NCBI GenBank assembly: GCA_963736925.1
Contig: CAVTQP010000003.1
Span: 586,868 to 650,867 of the forward strand
Length of the DNA stretch: 64,000 nucleotides
From: an uncultured Actinomycetes bacterium
GTDB lineage: Bacteria > Actinomycetota > Acidimicrobiia > Acidimicrobiales > CAVTQP01
Reading direction: 5' to 3'
Shown here: piece after piece, positions 48,671 to 57,517 of the stretch
How positions within the stretch are numbered: the first letter of the stretch is position 1
Layout of the letters: each line of letters begins with the position of its first letter
Notes under the pieces: generated by a model
Told to the model about the DNA's origin: nothing
Seen by the model: the letters and a program-made list of their open reading frames with translations, nothing else
Database searches by the model: none
Position numbers and translations under genes: made by a program

Positions 48671-49785
48671 AATTTTGCCTCCTCGGCCTCTTCGTCCCTG
48701 CTTCCACTCGAGTCGTTCTGATCCAGGAGTGACTCGATCCGTCCGCGAATGACATCCACGTCGAGGAGCGGTCCCACCCCGAAGCCGGAACCGTCGGTCG
48801 AGATGCCTCCGATCGGAAGCACCGGAGCCCTTCCCAGCACGCCGATGCGGACATCGTCGATCATCTGGCCACCGTTCACCTCGAAGACCATCACCTGCCT
48901 CATGCCTTCAGCGGAGCGGGCCAGGGTCTCGTAGGGAAACGGCCACAGGGTGATCGGCCTCAAATAGCCGATTCGGATCCCCTCCTCGCGAAGCTGACCG
49001 ACGACGTATCTGGCGAACTTGGCGGCCGTACCGAATGCCACCACGAGCTGGTCCGCGCCCTCCAGGAAGCCAGTCTCCACCCTGGTCTCCTCAGCCGCTA
49101 TCGCCGACTGCTTGGGAATGACCGCCTCGAAATGGGCGGCGATGCCGGCGGAGGGCTGTCCCACCTTGCCCATTCCGAGGGAGTTGACGTTTCGGGACCG
49201 GCCGGTGCCGCCTAGGGACCCGTCGACAGCCCATCCCTTGGGTGGCAGCGGAGGAAACTCGATCGGCGCGACGTCCACCGCCTCTGCGGTGTGAGCCAGT
49301 AGATAGTCTCCGTAGACCAGGACGGGGTTACGCCACTTGTCAGCGAGGAAGAACGCGAGCTGGGTGATCTGCACCGCCTCCATGATGTCCATGGGTGCCA
49401 GGACGATGTGTCTGTAGTCGCCGTGCCCCCCTCCTCGCGTCGACTGGTAGTAGTCGCCTTGACCCCGGGCCATGTTGAAGACGACGAGCGGCAGCTCCGC
49501 CAAGGTGGCCTCGGCCAACGACTCCTGCATGAGCGACAGCCCTTGCCCGGTCGATCCCGTAGCCGCACGGGCTCCGGTCGCAGCCGCCCCCCAGGCCATC
49601 CCGACGGCCTCCAACTCGCTCTCGGCGTTGATACAGACGCCACTGTTCTGGGGCAGGAGGCGGGCCATGTGCTCGAGGAGCTCGGTGAATGGAGTCATGG
49701 GATATCCGGCGAAGAACTTGCATCCAGCTGCGATCGCGGCCTCGGCGACGGCCTCCGAGCCTTCCATCAGCAACTTGCTGCTCAT
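48667..49785 (-). CDS. 2-oxoacid:ferredoxin oxidoreductase, alpha subunit
   Basis: LMEGSEAVAEAAIAAGCKFFAGYPMTPFTELLEH...TGSTGQGLSLMQE. ATG at 49785. Confidence 0.88.
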   Translation of the reverse strand: MSSKLLMEGSEAVAEAAIAAGCKFFAGYPMTPFTELLEHMARLLPQNSGVCINAESELEAVGMAWGAAATGARAATGSTGQGLSLMQESLAEATLAELPLVVFNMARGQGDYYQSTRGGGHGDYRHIVLAPMDIMEAVQITQLAFFLADKWRNPVLVYGDYLLAHTAEAVDVAPIEFPPLPPKGWAVDGSLGGTGRSRNVNSLGMGKVGQPSAGIAAHFEAVIPKQSAIAAEETRVETGFLEGADQLVVAFGTAAKFARYVVGQLREEGIRIGYLRPITLWPFPYETLARSAEGMRQVMVFEVNGGQMIDDVRIGVLGRAPVLPIGGISTDGSGFGVGPLLDVDVIRGRIESLLDQNDSSGSRDEEAEEAKF

Positions 49786-49786
49786 G

Positions 49787-50062
49787 TCACTCCTTCTCGG
49801 TCTCGCACGTGTCCGGGGACCCGCTCTCAAATGAGACCGGGACCTCGTACTTGTAGACCTCGAAGACGAAGTCTGGGCACATGTCCAGACAAGCCCGGCA
49901 TCCCGTGCAACCGGGGTGCAGGAGCGGGTAGTGATAACCCAGGCTGTTCACCTCGTCGGACATGGTGAGGACCTGCGGGGGACAAGCCGGTATGCAGAGC
50001 TCACAGCCCTTGCAACCTTCCACGTCGATCGTGACCGTTCCTCGCGCCAGCACGGTGGTCAT
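49787..50062 (-). CDS. 2-oxoacid:ferredoxin oxidoreductase, delta subunit (2x[4Fe-4S] ferredoxin)
   Basis: CKGCELCIPACP and CTGCRACLDMCP cluster motifs. Confidence 0.88.
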   Translation of the reverse strand: MTTVLARGTVTIDVEGCKGCELCIPACPPQVLTMSDEVNSLGYHYPLLHPGCTGCRACLDMCPDFVFEVYKYEVPVSFESGSPDTCETEKE

Positions 50063-50697
50063 AGGCCGGTTCCAGGGGTATCAGCGGCGGCTCGGCGAGC
50101 CCCGTCCTCTTGGCGAGACCCGGCTCGCGGCGGCTCCGGCCAAGCCGGCGCGATCAGCTTGTCGACTACGTCGTACCCAGCCCCGAGCGCCGCCTCGTTC
50201 CCGTCGATGTGCTGGCGCCGGTAAGGCGGAAGGGACTGGCGCATTCCCTCGATGGCAGATCCGAGGTCGACGAGCCCGGTGACACCGACGTACGCACCCA
50301 CCATCACCATCGACGAAGCCAGCTCGTTTCCCAGGCCGATTGATATCTCTGTCGCGGGCACGTCGAACACGCGAAACGTGTCGCGGTCGACTCGGCCTTC
50401 GAAGAGAGTCGAGTTCACCATGACCACGCCAGCCTTGCGAAGTTTCGGGATCGTTGGTTCCCAGAACTTGTGGTGCATGACGATGGCGGACCAGGCATGC
50501 GTGACGATAGGGGGCGCTTCGATCGGCCCCTCGGCGACGACCACCGAGGACTCGGTGTTCCCGCCCCTCATGATTCCGGAGTAGATCCCGAAGAGCATGG
50601 TGCTTCGGCCTTCATGAGTCGCGGCACGGGCGACCGTCTGCGCCGCCAGCTGCACTCCCTGGCCGCCGATGCCGGTCAGCAACAGCTCTCGCTCCAT
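50059..50697 (-). CDS. 2-oxoacid:ferredoxin oxidoreductase, gamma subunit
   Basis: LLLTGIGGQGVQLAAQTVARAA...SGIMRGGNTES. Confidence 0.85.
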   Translation of the reverse strand: MERELLLTGIGGQGVQLAAQTVARAATHEGRSTMLFGIYSGIMRGGNTESSVVVAEGPIEAPPIVTHAWSAIVMHHKFWEPTIPKLRKAGVVMVNSTLFEGRVDRDTFRVFDVPATEISIGLGNELASSMVMVGAYVGVTGLVDLGSAIEGMRQSLPPYRRQHIDGNEAALGAGYDVVDKLIAPAWPEPPRAGSRQEDGARRAAADTPGTGL

Positions 50698-50698
50698 G

Positions 50699-51421
50699 TC
50701 AGATGCTCCGTCCAGTCGGAGTTCTTGAGGGTTCGGCGTCGACCCCGAGGCCCCTCAGGACGAATCCGACCAGGTGCTCGACCTGGCTTGGGGTGGGTGC
50801 CGTGCGGGCGGCCAGGCAGGCCTCCATGCTGCCCATCACGAGACGGTACGCAGCACGGACTCTCTCCTCGATGCCTTCGTCGCGCCGGGGCCGGTTTGGA
50901 GGGAGCCCTTTGTCGAGCAGAGCCACTAGAGGTGCCTCGATGACGCCTTCCATGGCCCTGCACTCGTCTGGAAAGCGTTCCATCAGCCTGGTGCTGTTGA
51001 CGACTACGCCTCGGGTCGCCTCGGCCGCATCCTCGTTGCCGGCCTGGGCCATGATGCCCTCCACCCAACGCCGGACCTTCCCGGTGACGGTGACCTCCTT
51101 CGCCATCTGGTGGCCCAGGTAGTCGACCAGCTGCCGGAGGCCGTCATCGAGGATGGCGAGAAGCAGCTCGTCCTTGCTCCGGAAGTGGCGGTAAAAGGCC
51201 TGGTTCGACAAGCCCGCCTCCGCCACGATCTCCCCGACCCTCGGGTTCCCGGTGTCACTACGTCGCATGACGGCCACCCCGGCACGCATCAGCCGGTCCA
51301 CCTCATCGAGGTAAGCGGAGTACCGGCCGGCCAGGGCGCGATCGACCGAACGCAGGGCGAGGGGGCCATAGCCCGCCCCGGTCCCACTGTCACTCGAGCC
51401 GGGGGTAGCCACAGTCTCCAT
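50699..51421 (-). CDS. TetR family transcriptional regulator
   Basis: VGEIVAEAGLSNQAFYRHFRSKDELLLAIL HTH region. Its stop is 1 nt from the OFOR gamma start. Confidence 0.88.
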   Translation of the reverse strand: METVATPGSSDSGTGAGYGPLALRSVDRALAGRYSAYLDEVDRLMRAGVAVMRRSDTGNPRVGEIVAEAGLSNQAFYRHFRSKDELLLAILDDGLRQLVDYLGHQMAKEVTVTGKVRRWVEGIMAQAGNEDAAEATRGVVVNSTRLMERFPDECRAMEGVIEAPLVALLDKGLPPNRPRRDEGIEERVRAAYRLVMGSMEACLAARTAPTPSQVEHLVGFVLRGLGVDAEPSRTPTGRSI

Positions 51422-51424
51422 TTC

Positions 51425-51439
51425 GAGAATCTTATTCTC
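51425..51439. promoter_or_regulatory. AT-rich palindrome GAGAAT-CTT-ATTCTC, candidate TetR operator
   Basis: Perfect 6-bp arms, 4 nt upstream of the tetR ATG, in the tetR/aqpZ divergent region. Confidence 0.5.
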
Positions 51440-51608
51440 ACTGTTCGGTATGTGCTAGGAGATCGTCTCGAACGACGCTCACCAGAGCCTTTTCCAACAC
51501 CTGGGACCCCCCGTTCCACCACCTGCGAGACGGCGGGTGCTAGATAGTTCGTGATCTGGTCGCCGCCGCGAGCCCCGATTCCCGTCGGCAGGACGCTTCG
51601 AAGGAGGA

Positions 51609-52376
51609 ATGATGGACATCCGCAGGCTCGGTGCCGAGCTGGTTGGGACGTTCCTGCTCGTGATATTCGCCGTCGGGGTCGCGACCCTGTCGTTCGGCTT
51701 CAAGTTCGCGGGGACGAGCAAGTCTGCGGGTGTGGTGGCCACCGCCCTGGCGTTCGGCTTGGTCGTGCTGGCCCTGGTCTACGCCATCGGGCCCATCTCG
51801 GGCTGCCACGTGAACCCGGCCGTCACGATGGGATTCCTTGCGGCGCGACGCATCTCGGTGGTCGAGGCGGTCGGCTACTGGATCGCACAGTTCGCGGGGG
51901 GGATTCTCGGCGCGCTCGTGCTCTGGGGGATCTTCTCGGGCTCCCCCGAATACAGCAGGAAGACCCAGGGCCTGGGAGCTGACGGTTACGGGGCCAATTC
52001 GCTGGTCCATCTCAACGCGGGAGGCGCCTTTGGCGCTGAGGTGGTCCTGACGTTCCTGTTCGTGATCGTGGTGCTTGCCGCCACTAAGCACGTCACCTCG
52101 GCGGGTTTCGCGGGCCTTGCGATCGGGATGGCCCTCGCCGTCGTTCACCTGCTGGGCATACCGCTGACCGGCACATCGGTGAACCCCGCCAGGAGCGTCG
52201 GCCCGGCCATCGTCGTCGGGGGGAGTGCTCTGTCCCAGGTCTGGCTGTTCATCGCGGCGCCGCTCGTGGGAGGGCTGGCGGCAGCCCTCGGCTACCGCTT
52301 GCTGCTGGGGCCGGAGCTGCCGGGGGAGCCCGAACCCCCTGCCGGTCGTGTCGAGCCCTCCGACATCAGCGCATGA
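51609..52376 (+). CDS. aqpZ: Aquaporin Z / MIP-family channel
   Basis: Two NPA boxes (SGCHVNPAVT and GTSVNPARS) and 6 TM helices. GAAGGAGG RBS. Confidence 0.92.
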   Translation: MMDIRRLGAELVGTFLLVIFAVGVATLSFGFKFAGTSKSAGVVATALAFGLVVLALVYAIGPISGCHVNPAVTMGFLAARRISVVEAVGYWIAQFAGGILGALVLWGIFSGSPEYSRKTQGLGADGYGANSLVHLNAGGAFGAEVVLTFLFVIVVLAATKHVTSAGFAGLAIGMALAVVHLLGIPLTGTSVNPARSVGPAIVVGGSALSQVWLFIAAPLVGGLAAALGYRLLLGPELPGEPEPPAGRVEPSDISA

Positions 52377-52673
52377 TCCCCTGGCGAGTCCCTGCTTCGG
52401 GCTGCCGTCCAGCACAGTGGATTCAGCCACGCTCGGAACAACCACACTGGGTGACAGCTGACCCGGGCGCACGATTCGCCCGAGCTCCTGAACCTCTCAC
52501 ACGAAGGTGCTCTCGTTTGGCTACATACGAGTCGCTCTGAGTGAGAACCGCTCTCGCCCAGAGCGCGATATGACTGCTATGGGCCCGATCACAGCTTCCC
52601 GACCACCAGTCTTCCACTAGAGAGAGAGCCTGAACAGGTCGCCACTCAACGTGGCTGGCGAACCGAAGGGCGG

Positions 52674-53498
52674 CTAGCTGCCTCTCCGCAGCCTGCCTCG
52701 TAAGGTCACCAGTGCCAACGAGACGCTGACGAGGCCGATACATGCGACTGCGGCAAGGGCCTTGCCTATCGCGGCCCCCTCCCATCCGGAGGAGACGATT
52801 GCCCTCAGCCCGTCCAGGAGGTAGGTGACCGGATTGTAGGTGGCTATCGCGGAGAGCCACCCGGTCAAGACCTGCTTGGGGACGAACGCGTCGGTGAGGA
52901 ACGCGAAAGGAAAGAACAACACGAAGCTCGCGCTGACCGCCGCCGGGCTTCCCGTCTTGAGTGCGATCGCATAGGGGAAACCGGTGAACACCAGGCCCCA
53001 TGAGGCAGCCAGGAGAACGAACGCGAGGACGCCCAGCGGGCCGGTGGCGAAGCGCACGCCCACAGCGAAGCCCAGGATCAGGACGGGAACGGACAGGGCG
53101 ACCACCAGTGCGAAGTCGGCGACCATCAAGCCGAGCAGCAGCGCCAGGCGCTTGACCGGGGTCACGCAGAGTCGGTCGAAGTAGCCGCCTTGAATGTCGG
53201 TGACGAGCGCAGACGCTCGCGAAACTCCGGTGACCGCGAAGACGATCGAAAGGGGCAGGAGGAAGGCTTTGTAGTTGACGCCGGTTTGAGCCTGGGTCAC
53301 CTTTTGCAGCGATCCCACGTTCACGGTGAAGAAGAAGGTTGGAACGATGATCGCGGGGATGATCGCCTCCGGCTCCCTGGGTATCTGTCGCAGGGCTCGT
53401 CCGGCGACGGCGACGAGGTCTCGCAGGAAACCTGCCTCGCGTCCCCTGATCGTGGGTCCCTCAGGGAGCGGGCCAGCCTTGGCCAGGGCGGTCGCCAT
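52674..53498 (-). CDS. ABC-2 type transporter permease
   Basis: 6 TM helices, adjacent to a DrrA-like ATPase. Confidence 0.8.
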   Translation of the reverse strand: MATALAKAGPLPEGPTIRGREAGFLRDLVAVAGRALRQIPREPEAIIPAIIVPTFFFTVNVGSLQKVTQAQTGVNYKAFLLPLSIVFAVTGVSRASALVTDIQGGYFDRLCVTPVKRLALLLGLMVADFALVVALSVPVLILGFAVGVRFATGPLGVLAFVLLAASWGLVFTGFPYAIALKTGSPAAVSASFVLFFPFAFLTDAFVPKQVLTGWLSAIATYNPVTYLLDGLRAIVSSGWEGAAIGKALAAVACIGLVSVSLALVTLRGRLRRGS

Positions 53499-53505
53499 CA
53501 GTGCC

Positions 53506-54555
53506 TCAGCGGTCTCCCGTTGTTTCTATGTGACCGCCCGTCAGCTCCAGGAAGACGTCGTCGAGCGTGGGTGTTCGAAGGGTCAGGCTCTTTACAACCA
53601 GGTCGCTCTCGCTGAGGGCTACGGCGACCCTGCTTATGGTCCCGGCGCCGTCCGCGGCGCGGACGCTGATCTCGTTTCCTTCGACGTGTGCGTGATGGAC
53701 TCCTGGCAAACCCTCCAGCTGGGCGGCGACAGCAGGGTCATGCCCTTCCACTTGGGCGATGATGAGGTCGTCACCGATCGAGCGCTTCAGGTCGGCGGGT
53801 CTGCCCTCGGCCACGATGCGGCCATTCGAGATGATCCCTACCCGCTCGGCGAGCTGGTCGGCCTCCTCGAGGTACTGGGTCGTCAAGAAGATGGTCATCC
53901 CCAAGTCGGTTTTGAGACGGCGCACCTCCTGCCACACGAGTGATCGGCTGGCCGGGTCCAAACCCGTCGTCGGCTCGTCCAGGAAGAGGACCTCGGGGTT
54001 GTGTACAAGGGAGGCTGCAAGGTCTAGGCGGCGCTTCATACCGCCCGAGTAGGTTCCGATTCGCCGATTGATCGCATCGCCTATGTCAACGAGGTCGAGG
54101 ATCTCGTTCAACCGGGTCTCTATCTCCGGGTTCCTCAAACCGTAGAGCCGGCCCTGGAGGCGAAGAAGCTCGCTTCCCGTCTGCGTGTCATCCAACGCCG
54201 CGTCCTGAAGAGCCACCCCGATGCGCAGCCGCACCTCCTGGGGATGCTCGACCACGTCAAATCCGGCAACAACGCCCCGACCGGCCGTAGGTCGCATCAG
54301 AGTGCACAGCATGCGGATCACCGTGGACTTGCCGGCGCCGTTGGGTCCGAGGAAGCCGTATATCTCGCCGCGATGGACCGCCAGGTCCACGCCGTCCACT
54401 GCCTTGACCTCACCGAAGTTCTTCTCGATCGCCTCGGTGATGACGGCATAGCCGCTGTTCGTGTCGATCGGAGTACGCGAGGGCGCCTGCTCGGCGGTGT
54501 CGACGGATGCCACGTCTTCAGCTTGCCAGGCACCGGGCTCCGGCGGCCAAGCCAA
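53506..54555 (-). CDS. ABC transporter ATP-binding protein (DrrA-like)
   Basis: GFLGPNGAGKST (Walker A), YSGGMKRRLDLA (signature), VLFLDEPTTGLD (Walker B). Confidence 0.9.
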   Translation of the reverse strand: MAWPPEPGAWQAEDVASVDTAEQAPSRTPIDTNSGYAVITEAIEKNFGEVKAVDGVDLAVHRGEIYGFLGPNGAGKSTVIRMLCTLMRPTAGRGVVAGFDVVEHPQEVRLRIGVALQDAALDDTQTGSELLRLQGRLYGLRNPEIETRLNEILDLVDIGDAINRRIGTYSGGMKRRLDLAASLVHNPEVLFLDEPTTGLDPASRSLVWQEVRRLKTDLGMTIFLTTQYLEEADQLAERVGIISNGRIVAEGRPADLKRSIGDDLIIAQVEGHDPAVAAQLEGLPGVHHAHVEGNEISVRAADGAGTISRVAVALSESDLVVKSLTLRTPTLDDVFLELTGGHIETTGDR

Positions 54556-54559
54556 AGCG

Positions 54560-55165
54560 TCAGCGCGGGATGGTCGTGTGCTTGAACTCGTTGAGTTCGG
54601 GGTGTCCTTCCAGAAGCCCGATCACGTGATCCACCGTGGAGATGGCTCGGGCACCGTCACCCGCAGGCCTGGTCATCAAGCGGACGAAAGCCGCCCGGTC
54701 TCCGAGGATGAAGGTCGGCACCCCGAACACGTCGTGGTCGTGGACCAACGCTTCATGGCTTTCCTGCAGCGTTCGGAGAGGCCATCCGTCCTCAACCTCG
54801 GCGAACACGGCGTGTTCGTCGACCCCGTTATCGGCCAGGACCTTGCGCAGCTCTCCTTCGTCCCGGAGGTCACGGGACTCGTCGTGGCGAACTGTGAACA
54901 GCGCGAGATGAGTCCGCAAGAAGGCTTCCGGATGTCGATCCCTTACCACGATTCCGACCAGCATCGCAATGAGGTCTCGGCGTTTCGTGGAGTCCTCCCA
55001 GACCGGGGGGTCATCCTCGTCCGTGTGAACTTGTGACAAGGAGAACGGAGCGAAGTCCACCTCCCACCCGGCCCCGGCTTCGAGTCCGGCGACCACGTGC
55101 TCATGGGCATTCCTCGCGAAAGGGCAGCGATAATCCCAGGTAACCGCGAACGTCCGATCACCCAT
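54560..55165 (-). CDS. DsbA-like thioredoxin-fold protein (single-Cys CPFA motif)
   Basis: FAVTWDYRCPFARNAHEHV...VFGVPTFIL. Confidence 0.7.
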   Translation of the reverse strand: MGDRTFAVTWDYRCPFARNAHEHVVAGLEAGAGWEVDFAPFSLSQVHTDEDDPPVWEDSTKRRDLIAMLVGIVVRDRHPEAFLRTHLALFTVRHDESRDLRDEGELRKVLADNGVDEHAVFAEVEDGWPLRTLQESHEALVHDHDVFGVPTFILGDRAAFVRLMTRPAGDGARAISTVDHVIGLLEGHPELNEFKHTTIPR

Positions 55166-55236
55166 GGCCCCTACAACGCCGGGACTCCCGAGGACATTCC
55201 TGGTAGCGGCTCTGTGCCCGGTGGCACCATGAACTG

Positions 55237-55771
55237 GTGGAGCGTCACGTCCTGGCCAAGGCCATCTTCGATGTCTCCCACCTGACGGGTGAGTTCACTC
55301 TCAGATCGGGTGTCACGAGCGGCGAATATTTTGACAAGTACCGGTTCGAAGCCGACCCGGATCTCTTGGATGCTCTCGTCCATGCGATGGTTCCATTGGT
55401 TCCGAGCCGAGCGGATGCTCTGGCCGGACTGGAGCTGGGCGGTGTTCCACTGTCGACCGCGCTCTCGCGCTGCCACGGGCCTGCCCACGTTCTTCGTGAG
55501 GAAGCAACCGAAGGACTACGGTACGCGTCAGCTGGCTGAGGGCGGAGACGTCAGCGGGAGACGGCTTGCTGTCGTCGAAGACGTCATAACATCGGGCGGC
55601 CAGGTCGTCTCCTCTTGTGCCGCCCTCGAGGATCGCGGAGCTGACATCGAGGCGGTGCTGTGTGTGATCGACCGGGAGGCCGGTGGACGCGATGCGCTGT
55701 CCGCCGCCGGGGTCGAGATGAGGGCGCTGTTCACCATGAACGAGCTGTCGGCGACCGCTTCCTCGAGCTGA
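55237..55771 (+). pseudogene. pyrE: Orotate phosphoribosyltransferase interrupted by an apparent 1-nt insertion near 55468-55474 (possible assembly artefact)
   Basis: The N-terminal part GEFTLRSGVTSGEYFDKY...LAGLELGGVPLSTALSR is in the frame of 55237. The continuation ATGLPTFFVRKQPKDYGTRQLAEGG...LAVVEDVITSGGQ (PRPP motif) is in the +1 frame, to 55771. Confidence 0.85.
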
Positions 55772-55819
55772 CCGGGGATTTCGTTGGGAGGCGAAACGGC
55801 CTCCCCGCGAAGCTCTTCA

Positions 55820-56604
55820 CTAGCACGCGGTGGGGTCTCCACCGAAGGCCGGGCAGTAGGCCTTGAAGTAGCAGAAATCGCACAGGGCCGACACCTTGGG
55901 ACGGAAGTCGTCTTTGTGGCAGGCGCGCTCATCGCGGACCAGATGGCTGTGGAACGCCTCTCCAAGCCCTTGATCGACTGGTCTGAAGGGGTGGCCACGA
56001 TCGCGGTGGCGTCGCGAAGGTAGAGGAGCTGGACCCGGGCCGGGCGGAGGCCCAGCACCTCCTGGCACAACAGGGCATAGAAGTGGACGCCGCCGAGCCT
56101 CGCCTGCTCGTGGGTAAGACCGGGGATCTTGCCGGTCTTGTAGTCGGTCACGACCAGCTGTCCGTCGTAGTCCAGATCGAGGCGATCGATGATGCCCCTG
56201 AGACAAAGGCTCCCCACTCGTGCCTCCATGCTCAGCTCGACCCCGATGGCTTGGACCGCGTTCGGATCTTCGAGCTCGAAGTACCTGCGGACCAGGAACT
56301 GGGCGTCGGCCAGGAAGTCTGCCGCCTGGTCGGGAGACATCTCGAGGGCCATGAGATCGGGGTGGGCCTCAGCCTCTTTCCACGCCAGGGCCAGCTGGTC
56401 CTGCGCGGAGTCAAGGTCTCGTCTGCCTGGCGGAGCCGACCAGAACAACCTCTCGAGGGCCCGATGGACGAGGGTCCCCTTGAGGGCGAGCGCAGAAGGG
56501 GGCTCAGGGATCCTGTCGATGACCGAGAACCGGAAGGCCATCGCGCATTCCTTGAACGACGAGACCTTGGAAGGGGAGAGTGAGCTGGGCACGGGTAGGC
56601 TCAT
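55820..56604 (-). pseudogene. PD-(D/E)XK RecB-family/Cas4-like nuclease with C-terminal Cys cluster, interrupted by an apparent 1-nt deletion near 55925-55935
   Basis: The main frame carries LSPSKVSSFKECAMAF...RGIIDRLD...VVTDYKTGK...HFYALL. The expected end ERACHKDDFRPKVSALCDFCYFKAYCPAFGGDP lies in the -1 frame and stops at 55820. The uncorrected ORF instead runs on to 55528 across the pyrE 3' end. Confidence 0.8.
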
Positions 56605-56631
56605 GGCTGACCAGGGTAGGCCCGAGCTGTA

Positions 56632-57483
56632 TCAACGGGCGGGATGCTCGAAGGCTTCGAGGACTGTGGCGGCAACTGCCTGAGGATCCTCCATCGGACC
56701 GAAATGACCCAGGGTGGCCAGCATCTCGATTCGTCCTCTCGCCAGCCGGGAGGCTAGCTCTGCCATGTAGTCGGGACCGAAGGTGTCTGTGGACTCCCCG
56801 AAGGCCACCGTGACCGGACAGGAGACATGGCCCAGGTGCTCGAAAGCATCGTGAAAAGGAGCCATCGCATACACCCGTGCCTCGTCCTCTGGGTCGCACT
56901 TCAGCTTCACCCCGCCTTCTGGAAGGTCGGCAAAGCCGTACTCCACATAGGCGTCGAGGGCCTCGGGCGCAAGCGCGGAGAGCGGGGGCTTGGAGGAGTA
57001 GTTCTCGTAGGCCTCCCGCCTGGACGCGAACACCGCCCGGCGCCTGCGCGCGCTCGCAGCCAGATGGTTGTTCTCGTGGCCGGCGGCGGGCCAGCTCGGC
57101 GAAATCACGATGGGCTCGTAGCAGTACAGACCGGAGAAGATCCCGGGCCTGCGCTGTTCCGCGAGCAGCATTGCCGCGCCCCCGCACGAATGGCCGAAGC
57201 CGAACGGCAGCTCGAGACCCAGGCCGTCCACCACTGCCAGCACGTCCGAGGCGAAGCCGTCCCAGGCGAAGTTGGCACCGGGCGGTGATCCTGAGTCTCC
57301 GTGCCCTCTCTCGTCGAGAGCGAGGCATCGATAGCTTGTCGAGAGGCGCCCGGCCATGGGAGCCAACGCCATACCGTGAAAGCCGGTCGCGTGTGAGATC
57401 AGCAGGACCGGCCCGGATCCGCCGAGATCATGGACGGCGATGCCGACGCCGTCCTCGGTCACCACCCGTATCGCTCCCGGCAT
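56632..57483 (-). CDS. Alpha/beta hydrolase
   Basis: VLLISHATGFHG...GFGHSCGGAA nucleophile elbow. Confidence 0.85.
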   Translation of the reverse strand: MPGAIRVVTEDGVGIAVHDLGGSGPVLLISHATGFHGMALAPMAGRLSTSYRCLALDERGHGDSGSPPGANFAWDGFASDVLAVVDGLGLELPFGFGHSCGGAAMLLAEQRRPGIFSGLYCYEPIVISPSWPAAGHENNHLAASARRRRAVFASRREAYENYSSKPPLSALAPEALDAYVEYGFADLPEGGVKLKCDPEDEARVYAMAPFHDAFEHLGHVSCPVTVAFGESTDTFGPDYMAELASRLARGRIEMLATLGHFGPMEDPQAVAATVLEAFEHPAR

Positions 57484-57517
57484 GACCTGACGCTACCGGC
57501 CCTGGTAGAAACGGCAG

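Noticed and set aside
55528-55819. C-terminal 97 aa of track ORF 55528-56604 (...SAMSAPATKTTSVPRCRPCAISATSRPTARP...).
   Set aside because: This is out-of-frame read-through after a 1-nt deletion. It overlaps the pyrE 3' end on the opposite strand, and the genuine nuclease C-terminus is in the -1 frame ending at 55820.
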